Virus record (IMG/VR): IMGVR_UViG_3300043418_000072
Span: 186,001 to 250,000 of that record
DNA: 64,000 nt
Reading direction: 5' to 3' (one strand)
In this document: positions 36,232-45,531 of the stretch, piece by piece
How the letters are laid out: each line of letters opens with the position of its first letter
Position numbering within the stretch: position 1 is the first letter of the stretch
Notes under the pieces: model-generated
What the model saw: only the letters and a program-made list of their open reading frames with translations
Told to the model about the DNA's origin: nothing
Databases searched by the model: none
Translations under genes and position numbers: made by a program

Positions 36232-36447
36232 TTAGTTAGTTGTCAACTGTGCAGTTTGTTTAAGTAGGATAGCAATGTACTCGCCGGGTTGCTCAGGATT
36301 GCCATAACTGTTGTGGGACACTTTGTCATAGCATGGGCCGCAGAAGTAACCGCTGATGTTGTAGTAGCCCCGGAGACTCCAGAAGCTACGCTCACGTTCT
36401 AGAGATTTTTCCGTGTAACCACAATTGGTGCATGTTGCATAAGCCAT
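36232..36447 (-). CDS. small zinc-finger protein
   Basis: CTNC...CGPC; start reassigned to MAYATC. Confidence 0.6.
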   Translation of the reverse strand: MAYATCTNCGYTEKSLERERSFWSLRGYYNISGYFCGPCYDKVSHNSYGNPEQPGEYIAILLKQTAQLTTN

Positions 36448-36448
36448 G

Positions 36449-36646
36449 TTATTCCCCGATGTACTCACGCACCCACTCAAAGTGAGTGTCTGCAGGGATC
36501 CACTTGATTTGTTCACGGCGACGGTTTTGCTTGTCAAAGTCAAAGCAGATACAGAACCAACCGCGTTCGTCACTGAAGCCAACTGTGTCAGCATAGCGCA
36601 CAATTTGAACAATCTTGTCCTTCATTTTTGCTACCATAACCATCAT
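36449..36646 (-). CDS. hypothetical protein
   Basis: AAGGAG RBS. Confidence 0.6.
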   Translation of the reverse strand: MMVMVAKMKDKIVQIVRYADTVGFSDERGWFCICFDFDKQNRRREQIKWIPADTHFEWVREYIGE

Positions 36647-36655
36647 GCTAACTCC

Positions 36656-36982
36656 TTAGTGAGTGTTCAATGCGGGCTTGTTGCCGTTAATCAATTCACG
36701 CTCAACGCTGTGTGCTGGCTTGCGACCACGCACAACATCAACCAACAACACTGCAAACGCTTCTGCACCGTGTTCGCGAATGCTTTCGCACAGGGCCCAG
36801 TCTTTGTTTTCAGTGAGTGCGCGGCGCACATGCTTTTGAAAGCGAACTTTAAGGGCTTTGCGAACTTGGTTACCACAGACAGTGATACCAATGTAGCTTT
36901 CATTTGTGTTAGTGTTCACTAACATATAGACAGCATGTTTGGTATCTTGTCTGCGTTTACGGGTAACTGTTGTTTTCTGCAT
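36656..36982 (-). CDS. stand-alone GIY-YIG nuclease domain protein
   Basis: AVYML...SYIGIT...R..KH...E..LI...P.LN; leaderless early gene. Confidence 0.8.
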   Translation of the reverse strand: MQKTTVTRKRRQDTKHAVYMLVNTNTNESYIGITVCGNQVRKALKVRFQKHVRRALTENKDWALCESIREHGAEAFAVLLVDVVRGRKPAHSVERELINGNKPALNTH

Positions 36983-36988
36983 GTATGT

Positions 36989-37017
36989 ATTATAGCAAGA
37001 AAACCATTTCGGGTCAA
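36989..37017 (-). promoter_or_regulatory. sigma70 early promoter (copy 7)
   Basis: GGTTGACCCGAAATGGTTTTCTTGCTATAAT. Confidence 0.8.
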
Positions 37018-37046
37018 CCGAAATTTCTACTACTTGAGTACTAGTT

Positions 37047-37235
37047 TTACATCAACGTAGAAGCGTCATTAAGCTCAGAGTTGGCCTTTTCTAAGGCAAC
37101 ATCAACCGCTTGTAATACTGAAGTACTACCATTTGCCTTAACCAAATTTTCCCGGGCCTTTTCCAAGTCCCACACTGCATTTTGCAGATAATGAATTTGA
37201 TCACGTTGTTTTTGTGTGTAATCTCGAGCGTTCAT
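37047..37235 (-). CDS. hypothetical protein
   Basis: Start MNARDY with AAGGA RBS. Confidence 0.55.
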   Translation of the reverse strand: MNARDYTQKQRDQIHYLQNAVWDLEKARENLVKANGSTSVLQAVDVALEKANSELNDASTLM

Positions 37236-37277
37236 TTTGCTTCCTTTGAACCATTGTAACACCGATCCCATTATGGG

Positions 37278-37490
37278 TCAATGGATTGTTGGACTAACTG
37301 CTAAACTCTCAACGTCGTTGACATTGAATACTGCTAGCACTTTATTAATGTTTTCTGGCAGCTCAAACGGAACTTCGTCTGGCAAAAGTATCTGCTTTAG
37401 ATTTCCGTCTGGACTGATAATAAAAACATAATCATCATCTGCTATGTCTGCATCAACTACATCAATTTCGTCGTCTTCGATATCGCTCAT
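37278..37490 (-). CDS. acidic hypothetical protein
   Basis: DYVFIISPDGNLK. Confidence 0.65.
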   Translation of the reverse strand: MSDIEDDEIDVVDADIADDDYVFIISPDGNLKQILLPDEVPFELPENINKVLAVFNVNDVESLAVSPTIH

Positions 37491-37491
37491 A

Positions 37492-37809
37492 TTATTTAAA
37501 AAGAATAAATGCCATAATTACTGCTTGGGTGATAAAACCCATGCCGTTTGTGATGATGTTTAAACTGTTCTTCAGTAAAATGGCACGGAAGAACAATAAC
37601 ACTAGTCCGCCCCATGCAAACAATACCACATCAAGGCTAGGAGCCCGATCACTTAGTGCAGTTACCATTGCTAGCAAGGTAGGAATAGTGGCACAATGGA
37701 TAATGATGATTGCTAACCACTCTAAGCTGTCTGCTGAAATCTTATGAAAGTGATTTTCAAAGTAACTCACAACGGATGCTTTAATTGCATTGATGTCGAA
37801 TTTTTTCAT
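37492..37809 (-). CDS. small three-TM membrane protein (holin- or SemiSWEET-like topology)
   Basis: Three hydrophobic segments; directly downstream of the cell wall hydrolase. Confidence 0.6.
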   Translation of the reverse strand: MKKFDINAIKASVVSYFENHFHKISADSLEWLAIIIIHCATIPTLLAMVTALSDRAPSLDVVLFAWGGLVLLFFRAILLKNSLNIITNGMGFITQAVIMAFILFK

Positions 37810-37810
37810 T

Positions 37811-38386
37811 TTAATCCTTGTAGAAAATGTGGTGGCCAATTTGTGTGATTTTTGGTTTACCCCACTTTGGGTTGACATAATCTGCATGATAATACATTGC
37901 GTCTTTCATGCCCGGCAAACGGAAGTTTTCCAATAAAACCTTTTTGGCTACTTCTTCGCTTTCTTTATACAATGCTGGGTAGACTACTTTCTTGCCTACG
38001 CCCGGAATACATGCCCAGCTAAATTGACAAATAACCTTTTCGTAAATTACATTCTTTTGATAAACTACTCCGCATACTCCGTTACCAAATCGGCCGTTGT
38101 CAACGCGGTTCATGGTTACTTGTGCTACTGCTACTTTTCCTTCAAATGGTTCGGTTGCAGCCTCGTGATAGATATTGCGTGTTAGGCATTCTAATTGTTG
38201 AGTACGATCTGCGGTGCTGATAAAGCCCTGTCGGTATGCTTCGCTACCTTCTTTTAAGGTGTTAAATTTTGCTGTGGTTACATTCCATACCAGGAATACA
38301 ACTGCAAGTAATGCTAGAAATTGGACAACATTTCTAGAAAGAGCAATCCAAGAATCTGTTTTGCTGTTTGACGTTTTAAGTGTCAT
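37811..38386 (-). CDS. cell wall hydrolase, SleB/Hydrolase_2 family
   Basis: CLTRNIYHEA..E...GKVAVAQVTMNRV, CGVVYQ, CQFSW, YYHADYVNPKW, IGHHIFY. Confidence 0.93.
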   Translation of the reverse strand: MTLKTSNSKTDSWIALSRNVVQFLALLAVVFLVWNVTTAKFNTLKEGSEAYRQGFISTADRTQQLECLTRNIYHEAATEPFEGKVAVAQVTMNRVDNGRFGNGVCGVVYQKNVIYEKVICQFSWACIPGVGKKVVYPALYKESEEVAKKVLLENFRLPGMKDAMYYHADYVNPKWGKPKITQIGHHIFYKD

Positions 38387-38516
38387 ACTTTCTCCTTTGT
38401 TTCTGTCTGTTGTTTATATAACCCTGTAGGATCAAAGTAAACAACTGCTATAACTCAATAACTGATACTATTATAGCAATTAGTTCGCTGAAAAGCGAGT
38501 AATATGGTAAGTTAAC

Positions 38517-40097
38517 TTACCCCTTTCGGATCTTTGCTAGCACATCCATCGGGTCAATTTTGGTTGTGTTGGCAATACCAGCGGCTGCAGATTTGGCAAT
38601 GTTTTGCCCCTCTGACAGTGCTGCTTTGACTGCATCGCCGTACTGGTCGTCAGTGGCCATGCTGCTGAATAGGAAGTTGTATCCTACTTGTTGTTTATCA
38701 AGACCTAAGTCATGCAACTTGTTTGCAAGTCCTAGTAGTGCTGGCGCCGCTGGAACAGTGGCTGCGCTTGGCACAAAGCCCGCTTTGGTTTGATTTGTGG
38801 CTTCATTGGTTAATTGAGTCTGACTTGCAGTAATGGCAGCACTGCTGTCAGTAATCAATTTAGCCAATGCGGGGTTAGTTGAACTGGTTACTGCTGATTG
38901 GGCAGAGACAAAGGCACTTAACGTAGATGGGTTTGACGGATCTGCAATTAGTGCGTTGGCTGCGGACTGCAATGATTGTCCTGCACTAGTTTGTAGAATC
39001 GCAGTATGTGCGGCCACTATGTTAGTAAAGCCTTCTGTATGTTTGTATCCTGCTGCGGTGCCAATGATATCATTGATAGTGGGATTACCAAATGGTCCTC
39101 CACCTGCGCCTAGTTTGCTAGATAGTGCAGATGCGATGCTAGCCGGCATTGGGGAACTCAATGCGTCTAGGTGTTTAAGTGATGGAATTTTAGTTGCTGC
39201 TAAACTTGCCGCCATTGCTGCTGCTGTTTTAAACTTACCGCCCATGTTAGACAAGGCGTTACCGAGGCCATCCAAACTACCCCCTGGTAGTGCAGCCAGC
39301 TCACTGGTGCTCACAATCTTTTTAGCATCTAGTAGATCAGCTGCCGAAGATATCATAGTGTTAGCTGGCAAGATCATTTTTGTTTGACTGATGATCTTAG
39401 CTACGTCTAATCCTGTGATTGTTTCTAGCACCTGTTTAATAACTGCGGGATTTGCAGAATCTAAATTGGTTGGATCGAGACCGGCCTCTGACAGTTTGTC
39501 CTCTAGTCCGCCTATGTCACCAAGTCCTTGCTTTTGCAGGTTCTTCACAAAACCAGCTGGGTCAAACATCTTTTGCGGATCGCTAGAATCAAATGCAGAT
39601 CCAAATTTAGTTATGGTACTCGACAATGCAGTGAAGTCTGCTGCTGCACCATTGGCGCCTGCCATAATGGTGCCGACGCCGCCGGATACCATCTGACTAA
39701 AATTAGAAATGCCAAGGCCGAAACTATCAAAGCTCGCAGATGCTGCACCAGTTAATGCACCAGACCAAGTAAAGCTGGTTTGTGCAAAGGTGCTAGCACT
39801 GTTAAAGTTGCTAATAAACTTTTGCGTATTTGGAGCAATCGCAGTTGCCGCAGTTCTAATGCTGTTAGTGATGCTCGTACCAGTTTCGCCACTGGACAGT
39901 CCAGTGAAGTAATTTGGCATAGTTGGTAACGCAACGTTTGCTCCGTTTAACGCAGAGATAACATTGGTGTACAGTGTGACTACCGGGCTGGTATCAAAAT
40001 TGGTTAATGCTGTTAGCATCGCACCACTTACGCCTAGACCCTGGTTGTTAGTAAAACCAGTGGCAGCGATCATCATTGTTGGACTAATTCCACTCAT
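38517..40097 (-). CDS. Ala/Ser/Gly-rich putative baseplate hub/tail protein
   Basis: 526 aa; follows the PAAR gene; G.GPFG.PT..D.IGT..G motif. Confidence 0.55.
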   Translation of the reverse strand: MSGISPTMMIAATGFTNNQGLGVSGAMLTALTNFDTSPVVTLYTNVISALNGANVALPTMPNYFTGLSSGETGTSITNSIRTAATAIAPNTQKFISNFNSASTFAQTSFTWSGALTGAASASFDSFGLGISNFSQMVSGGVGTIMAGANGAAADFTALSSTITKFGSAFDSSDPQKMFDPAGFVKNLQKQGLGDIGGLEDKLSEAGLDPTNLDSANPAVIKQVLETITGLDVAKIISQTKMILPANTMISSAADLLDAKKIVSTSELAALPGGSLDGLGNALSNMGGKFKTAAAMAASLAATKIPSLKHLDALSSPMPASIASALSSKLGAGGGPFGNPTINDIIGTAAGYKHTEGFTNIVAAHTAILQTSAGQSLQSAANALIADPSNPSTLSAFVSAQSAVTSSTNPALAKLITDSSAAITASQTQLTNEATNQTKAGFVPSAATVPAAPALLGLANKLHDLGLDKQQVGYNFLFSSMATDDQYGDAVKAALSEGQNIAKSAAAGIANTTKIDPMDVLAKIRKG

Positions 40098-40118
40098 AAA
40101 AGTATCCTATTATAATAC

Positions 40119-40406
40119 TTATGACCCAATTTCCACGTCGGGACTACCTGCTGCAATAGCATGGCCGCAGCTGAGATCACTGCCCACAAAGGCAATACCT
40201 TTGCCATTGGCAATCACTGTGCTGCTAGCGGTAGCAACCGTTGCGGCTTGATGTGGGGGATGAGGGGCTCCGTACGGAGCATGACTGCTATCTAGACTGC
40301 CCTCTAATGCAGCACCTTGCCCGTTGATAATAACATCAGTACTAACGTCGCCACAAATTTGGCCGTCGCTAGTGTCTGCATCATTTAGGCGTGCTGCTGC
40401 TGGCAT
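40119..40406 (-). CDS. PAAR domain spike-tip protein
   Basis: MPAAARLND, V.INGQGAA, SCGH.IA.GSPDV. Confidence 0.9.
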   Translation of the reverse strand: MPAAARLNDADTSDGQICGDVSTDVIINGQGAALEGSLDSSHAPYGAPHPPHQAATVATASSTVIANGKGIAFVGSDLSCGHAIAAGSPDVEIGS

Positions 40407-40717
40407 TAAAGGATGATTCCAGGTTTAGCAATTACGTCAACACCAGTTGTGGTCTTAACATAATGCACACGCATTTGGTCCAATGACTCGGCATGGAACA
40501 TAACGTGTTGCTTACTGATGAAAACTTTGCAGTCTTCCTTAGCACTAAACAAACTCTGCATTAGACCAAGGCCTTGTTGGCTTGGCATAACTGTGCAAGG
40601 ACTAGCGACCTTCCAACCATCGTCGGTTGTCTCTAGTAATTTAGCAACGACTTCATCGCCGTTGACCATTTTGAAACTCACTACATCACCTGATGCGTAT
40701 TGTTGACTTACTAGCAT
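40406..40717 (-). CDS. Sm/LSm-like conserved phage protein
   Basis: VVSFKMVNGDEVVAKL...Y..TTGV. Confidence 0.6.
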   Translation of the reverse strand: MLVSQQYASGDVVSFKMVNGDEVVAKLLETTDDGWKVASPCTVMPSQQGLGLMQSLFSAKEDCKVFISKQHVMFHAESLDQMRVHYVKTTTGVDVIAKPGIIL

Positions 40718-40718
40718 G

Positions 40719-40961
40719 TTATCCTTTTAATGTTGTCCAGAAGGCTTCGTCTTTACCCGCAATGCCTTGGTAGCCACCGGGGATAATTGTTGTGCCTGTA
40801 AAAATTTGTGGGACGCTGCGTAGACCCATGTCTAGTAGGTGTTGGCGTGCGTCTTGATCTTCTTCGATGCTGATTGTTTTGTACTCAATGCCCTTGCTTT
40901 CAATTAGTGCCTTGGCACGATCGCAGAAAGGGCAGTTGCTTTTTGAATAAATTGTTAACAT
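40719..40961 (-). CDS. glutaredoxin
   Basis: YSKSNCPFC, RSVPQIF, GGY; GAGG RBS. Confidence 0.93.
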   Translation of the reverse strand: MLTIYSKSNCPFCDRAKALIESKGIEYKTISIEEDQDARQHLLDMGLRSVPQIFTGTTIIPGGYQGIAGKDEAFWTTLKG

Positions 40962-40986
40962 AGTTTCCTCTTTTATTATAATTATC

Positions 40987-42117
40987 TTAGAGACTGAAGC
41001 CGCTAAAAGTATTTGAGTCAACGTCTTGTTTTGTACCACCAACTACGTAAGATGAAATCTCAGTTTCTTGTGGCGCAACTTGTACGTCAGCACCAGCAAT
41101 CCACTTGGCAGTCCAAGGCAATGGGTTAGAGCTAGGCTTTGGAATACCGCAGTCTAGGCCGATAGCAGTCATGCGCTTGCAAGTCAACCAGTCCACGTAT
41201 TGGCACAATAGTTGAGTGTTAAGACCAATCATAGATCCGTCTTTAAACAAATACTCAGCCCAAGTCTTTTCTTGTTGTGCTGCACTCAAGAACATGCGAG
41301 TACATTCTTCTCGTGTCTCTTCTTTGATCTTGATAAAGTCGGGATCATCCTGTGGCAACAACTTCAACAAGGTCTGTGTTGAGCCAAGGTGTACGTTCTC
41401 GTCGCGGCAGATAAGTTTGATGTTCTTGGCATTGCCTTCCATCTTCTTTAGTTCTGCAAATGCCCATGAGCAAGCAAAGCTAACGTAGAAGCGAATGCCC
41501 TCTAGTGCGTTAACACTGTTGATAGCAAGCCACAGCTTCTTCTTTAGTTCGTACAGGTTGACTTCAAATTCGTTGCCGTTAATGGTGTGTACACCAGCGC
41601 CTAGCAAATTGTAGAACCCGCCGTACTCAATGAGATCATCGTAGTACTTGCTAATATCTTTAGCACAGTTAACAATAGGTTCAATGTCCATTAGGCCATC
41701 GAAGATCTCGCTAGGGTTGCTATAGATGTTGCGAATAATGTGAGTGTAACTACGACTGTGAACAGTCTCGTTAAATGCCCATGTGGTAATCCAAGTTTCC
41801 AATTCAGGAATAGATACCAATGGCAAGAACGCCAGCGTTGGGCTACGTCCTTGCACACTGTCTAATAAAATTTGTCGCTTTAGGTTACTGGTAAAGATAT
41901 GCTGTTCAAACTCTGTTAGTTCCTTGAAGTCTTTGCTATCGCGAACGATGTCAATTTCTTCAGGGCGCCAAAAGAATCCCAACTGCTTATCAGTTAGTTT
42001 GTCAAATTGTCTATACTTTAATGTTTCGTAACGTTGCACTGTCACTGGACCACTTGGGTCCAGGAACATGAGTGCTTCGGTATGCTTCTTTTTGTTGTTG
42101 ATATTAAAAACGCTCAT
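40987..42117 (-). CDS. nrdB: ribonucleotide reductase class Ia beta subunit
   Basis: FFWRPEE, LDSVQGR, ETVHSRSY, LEGIRFYVSF, RDENVH, VAPQETE. Confidence 0.97.
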   Translation of the reverse strand: MSVFNINNKKKHTEALMFLDPSGPVTVQRYETLKYRQFDKLTDKQLGFFWRPEEIDIVRDSKDFKELTEFEQHIFTSNLKRQILLDSVQGRSPTLAFLPLVSIPELETWITTWAFNETVHSRSYTHIIRNIYSNPSEIFDGLMDIEPIVNCAKDISKYYDDLIEYGGFYNLLGAGVHTINGNEFEVNLYELKKKLWLAINSVNALEGIRFYVSFACSWAFAELKKMEGNAKNIKLICRDENVHLGSTQTLLKLLPQDDPDFIKIKEETREECTRMFLSAAQQEKTWAEYLFKDGSMIGLNTQLLCQYVDWLTCKRMTAIGLDCGIPKPSSNPLPWTAKWIAGADVQVAPQETEISSYVVGGTKQDVDSNTFSGFSL

Positions 42118-42776
42118 TTTGTTCCCCAATTATTTTTTGCGTATTCTTCAAATAATGGATATAACATTTTTCTTTTTATTTCCATGATATTAAATGAATG
42201 ATGTGTTCCTCGTTGCGCTGCCGTGGTTTCTGTTAACACAAAAACATACCGTTGGTGATCCATTCCTCCGATAAATTTTTCAAGTTCCGTTGCGTTACTT
42301 ATGTCAGTTAATACATACTGTTGGGTATTAGTATCGTACACTGACACTTTGTTGCCACGATTAACAATGCCGTTCCATAGTCTAATTGCCTCGTCGGACA
42401 AAATAGCATCGCTTGTAAATGTTAAATTCAAATTTGACAAATCTTGTTTTATTAACAAATACAAATCACTAGCATAAGGAGGAGACTTGGCAGGAACCTG
42501 AGGATTTTTTGATGTTAACGTAACCTTACAAAAATTGCCGTTAATTTCTGTATCTACAATAATTGATACCTCTGTGGTATTGATATCTCCGCCCCAATAT
42601 GTGAGTTGATTCTCAGATGTAGCTTTAAAAATATTACGCGAAACTTCTTCTACGTCTGCTCCGTGTTTTAAATTTTCTTGCAACATCTCTAACTGTGCAG
42701 CAAACTCATTTCCGCCAGGCGCACGCCATGGCATTTCTGCCAGGAACGTGCGGTAAAACGATTCGTAATTATTCAT
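42114..42776 (-). CDS. hypothetical protein inserted between nrdA and nrdB (GNAT-like remnant)
   Basis: AT-rich 220-aa ORF; SDAILSDEAIRLW; FLAE leader. Confidence 0.65.
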   Translation of the reverse strand: MNNYESFYRTFLAEMPWRAPGGNEFAAQLEMLQENLKHGADVEEVSRNIFKATSENQLTYWGGDINTTEVSIIVDTEINGNFCKVTLTSKNPQVPAKSPPYASDLYLLIKQDLSNLNLTFTSDAILSDEAIRLWNGIVNRGNKVSVYDTNTQQYVLTDISNATELEKFIGGMDHQRYVFVLTETTAAQRGTHHSFNIMEIKRKMLYPLFEEYAKNNWGTK

Positions 42777-42777
42777 A

Positions 42778-45078
42778 CTAGATTACACAGCTATCGCAGT
42801 CTTCTTGACCCGTGTCACCTTCTGGTAGTTGCGTTGTAGCGCCCAGCTTGTCGACATCAATCTCGCCTTGTCCGTCGTTTGTGTTGAAGTAGTAAAGTTG
42901 TTTAGTTCCGTATTTGTAGCACATTAGCAAGTGCTTGAGCATCTCACTCATGGGGATCTTTTCATCTTCGTAGAACTTAGGGTTGTACGAAGTGTTGATG
43001 CTAATACCCTGGTCAATCCATTTTTGTAATACTGCACATAGTTTTAGGTAGCCGTCTGGGCTACGTTGGTCCCATAACAATTCGTATTTGTTCTTTAGTT
43101 TGCGGAATTCAGGTACAACCTGTTTTAATACTCCGTGTTTGCTTTGCTTAATAGAAACATAGTTTCTTGGTGGTTCAATGCCGTTAGTGGCATTGGAAAT
43201 TTGTGCGCTAGTCTCTGCTGGCATCAATGCCATTAGTGTAGCGTTACGGATACCTGTAGTTAGAATCTGTTCACGTAGAGCACGCCAAGGCATACGCTCT
43301 TGATGTTCGACTAGTTCGTCAACTTCTTTCTTGCGTGTGTCCATTGGAAGGATACCATCGGCATACTTCAACTCGTCCCACTTCTCACATGCACCTTGCT
43401 CACGTGCCAAGTCTGCACTGGCTTTGATCAAGTAGTATGACCATGCTTCTGCATACTCGTCAACTAGTGCTAATGCACGTGGATCGCTATAGGATACATC
43501 ATGCTTGGCCAAGAAGTAGGCAAAGTTAATAATACCGTTACCCAATGGGCGGAATTCTTTAGTTGCAATCTCAGCAGCCTTAACTGGATAGTTCTGGTAG
43601 CTTAACAATGCGTCGAGTCCGCGAACGCTTAGAGTACACATACGTTCAAAGTCTTGCGGCTTTCTAACGTTGCCCCAGTTCTGTGCAGAAAGAGTACACA
43701 ATGCAATACGACCCATTTCGTCGTTAATGTCCATCAATGGCTTGGTTGGCAAGTTAATCTCAGTACACAAGTTACTCATCTTGACAGGGTGTAACTCTTC
43801 CTTGAATGGGCTATGAGTGTTAGCATGGTCCACGTTCATCAAATAGATACGACCAGTGTCCTTGCGCTCTTGCATGAACTTACCAAACAACTCCGCAGCA
43901 GGAATAGTCTTCTTGCGGATCTTGGTATTGCGTTCTGCCTTCTCATACAGCTCTTTAAACAACTCTTGATTGTTAAAGAAAGCATCGTACATTTCCGGCA
44001 AGTCGTGGGGGCTAAACAAGGTGATATTGCCACCTTGAATAAGTCTTTCGTACATTAATTTGTTGAATTGGACGCCGTAATCCATCTGGCGTACTCTGTT
44101 ATCCTCTGTGCCTTTGTTGTTCTTCAAAACAAGCATATCTTCGACTTCTAGGTGCCACAATGGGTAATAGATAGTTGCTGCGCCGTTACGCACGCCACCT
44201 TGACTGCATGAGCGAGTGGCTGTTTGAAAGTGCTTTAAGAAAGGTGTGATGCCTGTATGATATGCGTCACCATTGCGAATAGGGCTTCCAAGCGCACGGA
44301 TACGTCCAGCACCAATTCCAATACCTGCCTTTTGTGAGACATACTTAACAATGCTGCTAGAAGTAGCGTTGATACTATCGAGACTATCGCCAGACTCGAT
44401 AAGAACGCACGAGCTGAACTGCTTCTGTGGAGTGCGTAAACCGGCCATAATAGGGGTAGGCAAACTAATATCAAAATTAGAGATAGCATCATAGTAGTCC
44501 TTAATCCATTGCATACGTGTGTCTTTTGGATAGGCCATAAACAATGTGGCAGCAATCAACATGTATGCAATTTGTGGTGTTTCAAAGATTTCGCCAGTGA
44601 CACGGTTTTGTACCAGGTACTTACCGCGCCATTGTTCCATAGCCACGTAGGTGAATGTTTCATCACGTTCGTGTTTGATATACGAGTCCATTTGATTGAT
44701 CTCGTCTTCGCTATAGTTTTCTAACAATTCTTTTGTGTAGTAGCCAATATCAGTGTTACGTTTAACTAACTGTAGCAATGGCCATGGCTTAAAGTCTCCA
44801 TAAACTAACTTATGGATATGATATGTAAGCAAGCGTCCTGCTACATATTGGTAATTTGGTGATTCTTCGCTAATTAAGTCTGCTGCGCTTTTGATAAGCG
44901 TTTCTTGAATGTCTGTACTCTTGATGCCGTTGTAGAATTGTACATGACTATTGATTTCTACTTCGCTTGCACTAACTCCTGTAATTCCTTCGGTTGCCCA
45001 AAAAACAACTTTGTGTAGCTTCTCTAAATTTAGTGGCTCTTTACGGCCGTCTCTCTTCGTGACGTTTATTTGACTCAT
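42778..45078 (-). CDS. nrdA: ribonucleotide reductase class Ia alpha subunit
   Basis: ATP cone VTKRDG, PTPIM, QFSSC, SNLCTE, LMPAETS, YY, C-terminal CDSC. Confidence 0.98.
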   Translation of the reverse strand: MSQINVTKRDGRKEPLNLEKLHKVVFWATEGITGVSASEVEINSHVQFYNGIKSTDIQETLIKSAADLISEESPNYQYVAGRLLTYHIHKLVYGDFKPWPLLQLVKRNTDIGYYTKELLENYSEDEINQMDSYIKHERDETFTYVAMEQWRGKYLVQNRVTGEIFETPQIAYMLIAATLFMAYPKDTRMQWIKDYYDAISNFDISLPTPIMAGLRTPQKQFSSCVLIESGDSLDSINATSSSIVKYVSQKAGIGIGAGRIRALGSPIRNGDAYHTGITPFLKHFQTATRSCSQGGVRNGAATIYYPLWHLEVEDMLVLKNNKGTEDNRVRQMDYGVQFNKLMYERLIQGGNITLFSPHDLPEMYDAFFNNQELFKELYEKAERNTKIRKKTIPAAELFGKFMQERKDTGRIYLMNVDHANTHSPFKEELHPVKMSNLCTEINLPTKPLMDINDEMGRIALCTLSAQNWGNVRKPQDFERMCTLSVRGLDALLSYQNYPVKAAEIATKEFRPLGNGIINFAYFLAKHDVSYSDPRALALVDEYAEAWSYYLIKASADLAREQGACEKWDELKYADGILPMDTRKKEVDELVEHQERMPWRALREQILTTGIRNATLMALMPAETSAQISNATNGIEPPRNYVSIKQSKHGVLKQVVPEFRKLKNKYELLWDQRSPDGYLKLCAVLQKWIDQGISINTSYNPKFYEDEKIPMSEMLKHLLMCYKYGTKQLYYFNTNDGQGEIDVDKLGATTQLPEGDTGQEDCDSCVI

Positions 45079-45090
45079 TGATTCCTCTTA

Positions 45091-45528
45091 TTATCTATTC
45101 AAATGCAGTTGATCGCTAAACGTAGCTTTCAACTTTAATGTATTTTCAACCTGTTCTTTATTTACGATCTCATCAGTGACCAAATTAATAACATATTTCC
45201 CCTGCTCAATCCAGACTAAATTATAACCGTACTTTGTTTCTGGATCGACATACATGCGTAGCTCAACGTCGGGGTTGTGCGCGGTGTACTTAATAGTATA
45301 CAACATACCCAATGCTTTTGCAATATCGCAATAGTAGTTTTCGGTGATCATTGTCCACGGATCTGGCCATTCGTCCGGCTTAGCTGGATCTAGATAGTAA
45401 GGAGAGAACGGACACGCTGACCAGAAGTCATTGACCTCAGCTAATGCTTTGTCTAGTGGTAGGTGATCCAGCGATTTTCGAAATTCACGCCAGCGAGTTA
45501 ATCTCTCGCTAGCTTGTAGTTTGAACAT
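45091..45528 (-). CDS. conserved protein, transglutaminase-like Cys protease fold possible
   Basis: WPDPWTMITENYYCDIAKALGMLYT resembles the BTLCP W.TP...DC...A.AK core. Confidence 0.5.
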   Translation of the reverse strand: MFKLQASERLTRWREFRKSLDHLPLDKALAEVNDFWSACPFSPYYLDPAKPDEWPDPWTMITENYYCDIAKALGMLYTIKYTAHNPDVELRMYVDPETKYGYNLVWIEQGKYVINLVTDEIVNKEQVENTLKLKATFSDQLHLNR

Positions 45529-45531
45529 AAA

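Noticed and set aside
30545-37017. Dispersed ~30-bp repeats as mobile-element ends
   Set aside because: Fully explained as -35/-10 promoters with 17-bp spacers; no transposase or target duplications
40987-45078. Introns or inteins in nrdA/nrdB (also checked helicase and primase)
   Set aside because: Lengths are typical and motifs contiguous; no intein C/S...HN signatures noticed
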